Positions 51,116 to 58,432 of a DNA stretch of 64,000 nucleotides are shown here, in pieces; positions within the stretch are counted from its first letter, which is position 1, and each line of letters starts with the position of its first letter. This DNA is from an uncultured Acidobacteriota bacterium (GTDB taxonomy: Bacteria > Acidobacteriota > Thermoanaerobaculia > UBA5066 > DATFVB01). The stretch is taken from contig CAWEYG010000002.1 of assembly GCA_963813155.1 (NCBI GenBank), forward strand, positions 320,001 through 384,000, given 5' to 3'. The notes beneath the pieces were generated by a model. That model was not told the origin of the DNA, ran no database searches, and saw only the letters and a list, made by a program, of their open reading frames with translations. A program made the translations under genes and the position numbers.

Positions 51116-51260
51116 TGTCCACGCTCTGTCCACACCTGGCCGACCCGTCGGGATTCGTGGGTCTCCCGTGGGAGTCGGCTAGCTCATGACCAAGCGTCGA
51201 TGAGACACCGGAAGATCAAGTAGTTAGACACCGCAGCAGCCCGACAGCTCCGGGAGGCAC
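51116..51260. repeat. About 145-bp imperfect repeat, copy B, next to the att core
   Basis: TGTCCACGCTCTGTCCACAC...GCTCATGACCAAGCG...ATCAAGTAGTTAG. Confidence 0.75.
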
Positions 51261-51297
51261 CGAAGATCGCCGGCCCGGGAATTCGCGGGAAATCGGT

Positions 51298-51342
51298 ATC
51301 GCACTCAGGAGGTCGTCAGTTCGATCCTGATCAGCTCCACCA
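51298..51342 (+). repeat. att site: duplicated 3' half of tRNA-Ala
   Basis: ATCGCACTCAGGAGGTCGTCAGTTCGATCCTGATCAGCTCCACCA, identical to 35789-35833. Confidence 0.9.
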
Positions 51343-51469
51343 ATTTACCTTTTGCCGGTAGCGCCCAAACCGCATCGAGGCGCGAAGTCGATTCCAAAGA
51401 GGCGAGATATGATTTCGGAGCCAGATCGTTCGGCTGACCACAGCGTCACGACGACGGAAAGGAGTCTTC

Positions 51470-51829
51470 ATGCGCCCAATTCATGCCGGCTTGCACCGCA
51501 TTCTCGATTTCGTAACTGTCTTTGCCTTCGCCGCAGCACCATTGGTTCTCGGCCTCAAGGGAGGAGCGGCAGTGCTCTCATACCTCCTTGCGGGCGTCCA
51601 CCTCGTCCTAACCGTTCTTACGCGGTTTCGAGGCGATCGCGGGCTCGTGCCCTTGAAGGTCCATGGCGCGATAGAGCTCCTCGTCGGCCTCGCGCTTGTG
51701 GGGGTCCCATTCGTCCTCGGTTGGGTCGGCGTCGCGCGCGTGTTTTACATCGCCGCCGGCGTGGTCATCCTCCTGGTCTGGGCGTTGTCTGGCTACGACA
51801 GACATCTGGCACGCGCGGCCCGTGCTTGA
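51470..51829 (+). CDS. Small four-TM membrane protein (SPW-repeat-like)
   Basis: HRILDF..APLVLG / HGAIEL..VPFVLG duplicated motif. Confidence 0.7.
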   Translation: MRPIHAGLHRILDFVTVFAFAAAPLVLGLKGGAAVLSYLLAGVHLVLTVLTRFRGDRGLVPLKVHGAIELLVGLALVGVPFVLGWVGVARVFYIAAGVVILLVWALSGYDRHLARAARA

Positions 51830-51838
51830 CCCCCACCC

Positions 51839-52312
51839 ATGATCCTGAACGCCAGGTACGGCCACACGAACGTCATCGCACGAGATTGGCGGGCACTGTC
51901 GGCCTTCTACCAGCACGTGTTCGGCTGTGTGCCTGTGCCTCCCGAGCGCAACTACTCGGGCGCGGCGCTCGAGTCCGGCACGGGCGTCAAGGGCTCAACG
52001 GTTCAGGGCGTCCATCTCCGTCTCCCCGGCCTGGGCCCTGACGCTCCCACTCTCGAGGTCTACTCCTACAGCATTTCGGCAGAACCTATCCGTCCGGAGG
52101 TCAACCGCCCCGGCTTCGCGCATATCGCATTCGTCGTTCCCGACGTGAGCGCGGCGCAGCGCGAGGTCCTCGCCGCAGGGGGCGCAGCGGTCGGGCAGAT
52201 CGTCACGCTTCAGACCTCAGTCGGTAGCCGCGTTGCCTGGTGCTACACCCGGGATCCAGAGGGCAACATAATCGAGCTTCAATCGTGGTCCGCCGAAACG
52301 CTTGGAGCCTGA
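51839..52312 (+). CDS. VOC/glyoxalase family protein
   Basis: HTNV, FYQHVFG, HIAFVV, RDPEGNIIEL. Confidence 0.9.
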   Translation: MILNARYGHTNVIARDWRALSAFYQHVFGCVPVPPERNYSGAALESGTGVKGSTVQGVHLRLPGLGPDAPTLEVYSYSISAEPIRPEVNRPGFAHIAFVVPDVSAAQREVLAAGGAAVGQIVTLQTSVGSRVAWCYTRDPEGNIIELQSWSAETLGA

Positions 52313-52520
52313 CAGCCGCAGTGATCGGCGCCGCAGCGATCGTTGCGAACTTCGTGCGCTCCGGGAGGATCTTGTGGGGCGGGTTCGTCATCCTTGTATT
52401 GGCTTTTGTCGCGTGGCGAGCGCGCAACAGAAATGTCAACGGCGCGTAAAATCCGGTTGCACCGGCCTCGGCCAGAAGCCTCACTGCTGAGGCCGGGTCG
52501 TTAGGGCTAGAGAAGCCAAG

Positions 52521-53018
52521 ATGAACTCCGAACCTGAGCAACTCGATCTCGTCGTCGCCCGGATATTTAACGCGTCAGTCGAGCAGGCATGGAAGGCTTG
52601 GAGTGACCCCGATCTTGTGATGCGCTGGTGGGGACCAACGGGCTTTACTCGCCCCATCGCGAAGATGGATTTCCGTGACGGTGGAACCTCGCTGGTATGC
52701 ATGCGCGCGCCAAGAGAGTTTGGCGGCCAGGACATGTACAACACGTGGACGTACGAGAAGATTGTGCCCATGAGTCGATTCTTGTACACCCACCGCTTTT
52801 CCGACAAGGATGGCCACTCGATGGACCCGGCCAAACAGGGATTGTCGCCAGATATCCCGACAGAAATGCGCCATGAAGTCATATTCAAGATACTCGGCAA
52901 GGACAGGACCGAAGTCACAGTGATCGAACATAGCTGGACGGTTGGTCCAATGATGGAGATGTCGAAGACAGGACTGGAGCAGTGCTTGGACAAGATGGCT
53001 GCGCTCTTAGGACAATGA
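52521..53018 (+). CDS. SRPBCC/AHSA1 domain protein
   Basis: RIFNASVEQAWKAWSDP..WWGP..DFRDGG. Confidence 0.85.
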   Translation: MNSEPEQLDLVVARIFNASVEQAWKAWSDPDLVMRWWGPTGFTRPIAKMDFRDGGTSLVCMRAPREFGGQDMYNTWTYEKIVPMSRFLYTHRFSDKDGHSMDPAKQGLSPDIPTEMRHEVIFKILGKDRTEVTVIEHSWTVGPMMEMSKTGLEQCLDKMAALLGQ

Positions 53019-53115
53019 CGACGAGTCGGCCTTCGCTCAACGAGACCAGCGCCTGGAAGATGCTCAGAGCAACTCGGGGAGATATTCGGACGAGAACTGT
53101 CGGAGACGACGACAG

Positions 53116-53742
53116 TCAGTAGTACCCCCGGTGGTAGGTCAGTGCGAACACAATCGGCAGCGCGACGAAGATGCTCAGGGCGAGAGCCGGAGCGAGGAAC
53201 GCGCTTGCGATCCCCAGCAGCGCGACAATCAACTGGACCCCGAAACGCCGCACAATGTAGCGCCGTTGGCGGGCTGTCGGCTGTTCTGTGAGGTGAGAAT
53301 GGTCCGCGACGAACCACACTCCTGCCAGCGTCGAAGTACAAGCGGCGAGATTGGCGCCATAAATTGCGAGCGCTACCGGCGCGAGAGGGTAACGACCGAG
53401 GACCGCGGTCGAGAAGGGCAACACGGCAATCGTGAATAGACAGAGCATGTTCGCCCAGATCAGAGCGATCTTTACGCCGCGCAGCGAGGCGAAAATCAGG
53501 TGGTGGACGAGCCAGTAGTACGCAACGATTGCGAAGCTCAGCGCGAAGGTCCCGAGCCTCGGTGCAATCAGGACGAGCCCGTGCGCCAGTTGGGACACGC
53601 CGCCTTCAGGAGGTCGTACGTCCAGGACGAGGAGCGTCAGCGAAACCGCGAAGACGCCGTCGCTAATCCCTTCTGTCCGGTCGGTTCGATATCTCCGACC
53701 GGTTCTCAGTCTTTCCTCATTCGACGAACCATCGCCCCTCAT
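53116..53742 (-). CDS. TMEM175 (DUF1211) potassium-channel family protein
   Basis: RTEGISDGVFAVSLTLL, YWLVHH, LPFST. Confidence 0.85.
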   Translation of the reverse strand: MRGDGSSNEERLRTGRRYRTDRTEGISDGVFAVSLTLLVLDVRPPEGGVSQLAHGLVLIAPRLGTFALSFAIVAYYWLVHHLIFASLRGVKIALIWANMLCLFTIAVLPFSTAVLGRYPLAPVALAIYGANLAACTSTLAGVWFVADHSHLTEQPTARQRRYIVRRFGVQLIVALLGIASAFLAPALALSIFVALPIVFALTYHRGYY

Positions 53743-53864
53743 GAAATTCTCCCGACAGCTACTTTTCCGTACGCTCGCTCGCCAGCTACGACGATCACGA
53801 AATTACAAAGGCGGTGGTGGGTCCATTCGAACGCTGACACCGACTCGACTGCCCGGCGCGCATA

Positions 53865-53955
53865 GGCCAGCGACGAGAGGATCTCGCACGGGCCGAGACG
53901 GGTGCCGGAAGGTAAGCTCAAAAATTCTCCTGTGGCCGGAATTCTATCCTTCCCG
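53865..53955 (-). pseudogene. Remnant of a Ser/Thr kinase 5' end with its leader
   Basis: LSLPSGTRLGPCEILSSL matches the kinase start [18 protein letters not shown]; upstream TTCTCCTGTGGC..ATTCTAT matches 38425-38447. Confidence 0.6.
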
Positions 53956-54010
53956 CCAGGGCGATGAGGGTCGTGATATTAAGGCTTCCGCCCTTCCGGG
54001 GGCGACGACC

Positions 54011-54868
54011 GTGCAGCTACGAAGACTTCTCACCCGTTTGTACTGGAATCGTATTCACCAGACCCATGGGGTGGAGACGTGGATGCACGACCCTCTCGTG
54101 CGTCGATACATCAATGCTTCCCTGACGGGCAACCCGGACCAGTGGCCGATGGAGTGGTTTCGGACCGCGTTCGCCGCGAAGCCGTTTGAGCGGGGAATCA
54201 GTTTCGGCTCGGGGAATGGCGCGCTGGAACGCGATGTCCGAACGAAGGAAATCTGTCGATCGATCGTGGGTACGGACATCTCGCCGGCGGCGCTCGTCTC
54301 CGCCCGGGAGTCGGCTGCGAATTCCGGAATCGACGGTATCCGTTACGAGCGCATGGATTTCAACGATCTGCATCTGGCATCCAGATCGGTGGATATTGCG
54401 TTTTTTCATCAAGCACTCCATCACTGCGAACGTCTCGAAACGTGCCTCGACGAGGTTCACGACGCCCTCGAGCCGGGTGGAATTCTGTACCTCGACGAGT
54501 ACGTGGGCCCGTCGCGCGGCGATTGGCGAAAACCACTCCTGGCGCGCGCGGACGTTGTCTTTGGCTCTTTGCCGGGCTGGGTGCGGAGGCGGCGGCACCT
54601 TCAACTGCCGGTCGATTGGCGCGATCCCTCGGAGGCCATTCGTTCCTCCGAGATCCTTCCCGAGATTCGCCAACGCTTCGAGGTGCTCGAAGAGCGCGGT
54701 TACGGCGGCAACTTGCTGTCCGTGATTTTTCCGCATCTCAACCTGACCGCCGGGAGCCCGGCGGACGCGGCAGGAATCGTCCGCTTCCTGATCGAGGAGG
54801 AGAAGCGAGAGCTTGCAGGCGGCGCGCCTCCCTTCAGCGTCGTGGTGATCGCCCGGAATCATCGTTAA
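54011..54868 (+). CDS. Class I SAM-dependent methyltransferase
   Basis: SFGSGNG, DIS, FHQALHH, LEPGG, DEYVGP, DPSEAIRS. Confidence 0.85.
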   Translation: MQLRRLLTRLYWNRIHQTHGVETWMHDPLVRRYINASLTGNPDQWPMEWFRTAFAAKPFERGISFGSGNGALERDVRTKEICRSIVGTDISPAALVSARESAANSGIDGIRYERMDFNDLHLASRSVDIAFFHQALHHCERLETCLDEVHDALEPGGILYLDEYVGPSRGDWRKPLLARADVVFGSLPGWVRRRRHLQLPVDWRDPSEAIRSSEILPEIRQRFEVLEERGYGGNLLSVIFPHLNLTAGSPADAAGIVRFLIEEEKRELAGGAPPFSVVVIARNHR

Positions 54869-55472
54869 CCTGGCCGTTCCGGCTCAGAGTTCTCTCGTAC
54901 AGCTCGTCGATCCAGCCGTGCAGGGCCCAGAAGTGCACGTTGTGCGGCGACGTCTCGGGCGACCCCATCCCCGCGCCTTCGAGCCCCGGGTGATCCGCGC
55001 CGAATCGGTGCCGCTCGTAGATCGCGATCATCGTGTGCGAGACGTCGTGGAGACCTCGAAACGGATGCTCCGCCGTGGGCGGCGATTCCAGGAAGCGGCC
55101 GAGCTCGTCCGACGTGCCCGATCGGACGATGTCCTGAAGCCGGCCGAGCGCGCCCGCGAGATATCCGGGCTGGGCCCAGGAGAAGAACTGCGACAGCCAG
55201 TACGGGACCTCGCGCCACGGGCGAAGGGAGACTTCCGCTGTGCCCGACTCGCGGACCATCGGCTCGAAGGCTCTCATCAGCACACGGTGGTACTCGAGGA
55301 ATTGCGCGCCGCTGCCCGGCTCGCCCGGCGCGACCAGGTCCGGGAACTCCGACTCGAAAACGCGGAGGCGCCGCCCTTCCGGCCTCCGCGCCGCGTGCCA
55401 CCTCCCGTGCGAGGCGGACAGCGGCTTCACCGCAAGGTCGAGCGGGTCCGGAAGTCTCACTATCGTTCCCAT
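54834..55472 (-). CDS. Small tyrosinase-like (type-3 dicopper) protein
   Basis: HGRWH, FLEYHR, LHDVSH and MG...SP...FWALHGWID, matching the CuA/CuB histidine pattern. Confidence 0.65.
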   Translation of the reverse strand: MGTIVRLPDPLDLAVKPLSASHGRWHAARRPEGRRLRVFESEFPDLVAPGEPGSGAQFLEYHRVLMRAFEPMVRESGTAEVSLRPWREVPYWLSQFFSWAQPGYLAGALGRLQDIVRSGTSDELGRFLESPPTAEHPFRGLHDVSHTMIAIYERHRFGADHPGLEGAGMGSPETSPHNVHFWALHGWIDELYERTLSRNGQVNDDSGRSPRR

Positions 55473-55483
55473 CGCGCGGGCGC

Positions 55484-55516
55484 AAAAAAAGGGACACGTT
55501 TTTTTCGACGTGTCCC
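55484..55516 (-). terminator. Rho-independent terminator after the peptide gene
   Basis: - strand GGGACACGT-loop-ACGTGTCCC-TTTTTTT. Confidence 0.75.
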
Positions 55517-55551
55517 GAAAATCGAGTTAACCCTTCGAGACGGGCGAGTTC

Positions 55552-55767
55552 TTAGCTTCCGGCGATGACGGTCGAGGGTGGCGGCGGAAGGTCGTGCTGG
55601 CCGGTCTCAATCTGGTTTCCCCGCAGGATCGACCGGATTTGCGCCAGGAAATGTGCGATCGGGGAGACGCCGGGGGCCGTGGGACGCGGGACGGGCTTGT
55701 GGGGAACGGCGAAAAGCTGGACCGAGACGAGCAGCGACAGGGAAAACGCGAGAAGAACTTTTCTCAT
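55552..55767 (-). CDS. Small secreted peptide (71 aa), candidate signalling precursor
   Basis: AGGAGG RBS; signal peptide MRKVLLAFSLSLLVSVQLFA; amphipathic helix IAHFLAQIRSILRG; HDLPPPP near the C-terminus; terminator follows. Confidence 0.75.
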   Translation of the reverse strand: MRKVLLAFSLSLLVSVQLFAVPHKPVPRPTAPGVSPIAHFLAQIRSILRGNQIETGQHDLPPPPSTVIAGS

Positions 55768-55843
55768 GGTTTTCCTCCTTTGCCCTGCTCATCGCGGGCC
55801 GGAGGAAAACGGGACAGCCGGAGCGGCTATTTCGGGATGGAGC

Positions 55844-57181
55844 TCAGGCGGCGGACCAGCGTTGCGTCTCGTCTTTCTTGAAACGATCCAGGAAACGGCT
55901 CACCTTTTCGAGGCGCGAGAGACTCAGATCCGCCTCCGTCAGGTATTCGACCGCGCGAGCGGCTTCGGCGGAGAGCCCGAGCTCGTGAATTCGGGGAAGG
56001 ATCTTCTTACAGGTCTCGACGGCCTCTGCCTCGCGCTCGAGATGAAGGAGCGCTTCCGCGATCCGGAGCTCGATCCGAATCTCATCCCAGCCGAGATTCC
56101 GGGACCGATAATCCGCGCGCAGCTGGACGCCGATATCGTAGACGTCCTGGTGGCGATCCTCGAGCCGAGCGACTTCGACGAGACCTGCGCGAATGCTCAC
56201 CAGTTTTCTGTGATCACCCGTCCGTCGAATGATCTCCGCAGCCCTCGCATAGTGACGCTTGGCGTCTGTCAGGCGATTCACCTGGATCAGGTCGCTGCCG
56301 AGATTCAAATGAATGGTTCCCAGGAGCCGCGTGTCCAAGTCCGCTTCGCCGCGCGCGAGGAGATCCTCGTAAATCCGAATCGCATCCAGCCTCCTTTCAA
56401 GGTCGGCGAAAATCACCGCCCGAACGATCCGGCAGCGGGCCTGGCGCGGAAAGTCCTCGAGAAGGCCCTGGAGTCTCTCCGCCACGTCGAGGGCCGCCAG
56501 GGCGGCGTCCGCGCGGCCGAGATCCCTCAGGGCGAGCGCGCTCACGTAGCTCCAGAACGCGAGATCGTCCTCCGGAACGCGGCTGAGCGTTTCGATCACG
56601 GACCGGGCCTTTTCAAGCTCTTCGAGAGCCCGCTCCGACTCCCCTTCGGAGAACAGGGCGTAGGCCACGACCGTCCGCAGCACGCCTTCGAGCCCGTCTG
56701 CGCCGAGAGTTTCGCGGTCGGGCGCTTTTTCGAACGAGGAAAGGGCCGATCGGGCGATTCGGCCCGCCAGGGGAACGTCCCGCCGCAGGAGCTCGCGAAC
56801 GAGAGCGCGCGCCGCCTCGTAGGACGGCGGCGACCAGGAGAAGCCCTCGCGGACGGGAGACGAGAACGCTTCGACGATTTCCGCGCGCGTCTCTTTCCGG
56901 CCCGGCGCGATTGCGTCTGCCCGTTCTCGCGCCCGGCGCGCGATCGCGTCGAAATCGACGGAGTCTCCGGCCGCGTCCGGCCGATTGTCGCCGGCCTCGA
57001 CGAGGCCTCGCGCGAACGGCAGCGCGGCGGCGAGCTGCCGAATCGATTCGAGCCGGAGGCGGCAATCCTTGCACTCGGAAAGGTGATGCTGCATCTCGCC
57101 GGCGAGAGCCCGGTCGGCTTCGCCCTGCGCGTAATCGAGCCAGTCCAGCTCTTCGAAATGCCGCCGCGGCGTTGCGTTCAT
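55844..57181 (-). CDS. Zinc-finger (HxxxCxxC) anti-sigma domain fused to a TPR-like helical domain
   Basis: HLSECKDC ZAS motif; TPR-like repeats (ALALRDLGRADAALAAL, NLGSDLIQVNRLTDAKRHYARA); no obvious TM; ATGA overlap with the sigma stop. Confidence 0.8.
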   Translation of the reverse strand: MNATPRRHFEELDWLDYAQGEADRALAGEMQHHLSECKDCRLRLESIRQLAAALPFARGLVEAGDNRPDAAGDSVDFDAIARRARERADAIAPGRKETRAEIVEAFSSPVREGFSWSPPSYEAARALVRELLRRDVPLAGRIARSALSSFEKAPDRETLGADGLEGVLRTVVAYALFSEGESERALEELEKARSVIETLSRVPEDDLAFWSYVSALALRDLGRADAALAALDVAERLQGLLEDFPRQARCRIVRAVIFADLERRLDAIRIYEDLLARGEADLDTRLLGTIHLNLGSDLIQVNRLTDAKRHYARAAEIIRRTGDHRKLVSIRAGLVEVARLEDRHQDVYDIGVQLRADYRSRNLGWDEIRIELRIAEALLHLEREAEAVETCKKILPRIHELGLSAEAARAVEYLTEADLSLSRLEKVSRFLDRFKKDETQRWSAA

Positions 57182-57714
57182 GTGGCTTCCCCGAGGCTGC
57201 GACGAAGCCGGCCGAGGCAGCGGCTGATCATTCGCTTCAGGCTGTCGGGCTTGTAGCCCATCGTCTCGGCGAGGTCGGAGGTGCGCCGGTTCCTCCAGAA
57301 CCTCGAAGCGAGGACCTGCCGACAGTTTTCCGACAGGGAGGGCCATGTCTGCGCGAGCCGAAGCCCCGCCGCGACGGGCTCCGCCTCGGGAGCGCACTCC
57401 ACGGGATAGGCGCAATCCTCTTCGCGCAGCTCGTCGAGCGCGACTTCCTTCGCGCCGGAACGGTAGCGGTTTCTCCAGTAGTCCAGGCAGCGGCGGCGCG
57501 CGATGACGACCATGAGGCCGCCCGTCGCGCGGCCGCCCCGGCGCGACTGCACGAGGAAGTCGACGGCAGCCTGCTGGAGGACGTCGTCCACGTCTTGCGC
57601 CGGGATTCGGAATCCGAATTGGGCAATCTTTCTCGCGGCGGGCAGAACGGCCCGCAACACGTCTTCATCCGACTCCCGAACCGGCGGAGCTGCCGCGGAC
57701 AATTCCTGCGCCAA
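57178..57714 (-). CDS. ECF-type RNA polymerase sigma factor
   Basis: DVDDVLQQA, IARRRCLDYWR (region 2); LSENCRQVL...DLAETMGYKPDSLKRMISRCLGRLR (region 4); TATAAT at 57724-57729 upstream of the TTG. Confidence 0.85.
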   Translation of the reverse strand: MAQELSAAAPPVRESDEDVLRAVLPAARKIAQFGFRIPAQDVDDVLQQAAVDFLVQSRRGGRATGGLMVVIARRRCLDYWRNRYRSGAKEVALDELREEDCAYPVECAPEAEPVAAGLRLAQTWPSLSENCRQVLASRFWRNRRTSDLAETMGYKPDSLKRMISRCLGRLRRSLGEAT

Positions 57715-57754
57715 GTTGAGAGCATTATACGACCCCGGGAAGGCCCGATTCGTT

Positions 57755-58432
57755 ATGCTCCCGGAGGTGGGAGCGGACGTCCTCTTCGATAACGTCACGA
57801 AAATCTACGGCGGAGCGCGCGGCACGATGGCGCTCGACGCCGTCGATCTCCGGATCCGCGAAGCCGAATTCGTCGCGATCGTCGGGCCCTCCGGCTGCGG
57901 CAAGTCGACGCTGCTGCACCTTGCCGGAGGAATCGACACCGCGACCACGGGCCGGGTCGAGGTCGCGGGAAGCAACCTCGCGCTCCTGCCCGAGCGGGAG
58001 CTGACGCTCTACCGCCGCCGCAGCGTCGGAACGGTGTTTCAATTCTTCAATCTCCTGCCCGCGCTGACCGCTCTCGAGAACGTGGAGTTGCCGCTGGCGC
58101 TCGACGACTCGCCGGAAGCGCCGGTCCGGGCGCGCGAGCTGCTCGCCCGGGTCGGCCTTTCCGACCGGGAGCGCGCCTACCCTTACGAGCTCTCGGGCGG
58201 ACAGCTGCAGCGGGTCGCGGTGGCGCGCGCCCTGTCGGCGAGGCCGGCGCTCCTGCTCGCCGACGAACCAACCGGCAATCTCGACTCGGCGGCCGGCACC
58301 TCGGTGCTGGATTTGATCGACACGCTTCGGCGGGAAGAAGGGGTCACGGTCCTGCTCGCCACGCACTCTTCGGAGGCCGCCGCGCGCGCAAACCGGATCG
58401 TCCGTCTCCGCGATGGAAAGATCGTCCCGTGA
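57755..58432 (+). CDS. ABC transporter ATP-binding protein (AttE/LolD-like)
   Basis: GPSGCGKST, LSGGQLQRV, ADEPTGNLD. Confidence 0.9.
   Translation: MLPEVGADVLFDNVTKIYGGARGTMALDAVDLRIREAEFVAIVGPSGCGKSTLLHLAGGIDTATTGRVEVAGSNLALLPERELTLYRRRSVGTVFQFFNLLPALTALENVELPLALDDSPEAPVRARELLARVGLSDRERAYPYELSGGQLQRVAVARALSARPALLLADEPTGNLDSAAGTSVLDLIDTLRREEGVTVLLATHSSEAAARANRIVRLRDGKIVP

Larger units (their letters stand above)
35789..51342. mobile_element. Genomic island integrated at tRNA-Ala; no integrase seen
   Basis: Identical 45-bp direct repeat of the tRNA 3' half at 35789-35833 and 51298-51342; accessory cargo in between. Confidence 0.75.

Noticed and set aside
51298-51342. Second tRNA gene
   Set aside because: Only the 3' half is present, with no 5' acceptor strand or D arm; it is an att duplication
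52309-52449. Tiny hydrophobic ORF after the VOC gene
   Set aside because: Plausible two-TM peptide, but the start is unclear and there is no family evidence
54011-55767. RiPP cluster (peptide, oxidase, methyltransferase)
   Set aside because: The peptide has a Sec signal and no Tyr/Cys core, a terminator separates it from the oxidase, and the methyltransferase is convergent; signalling fits better
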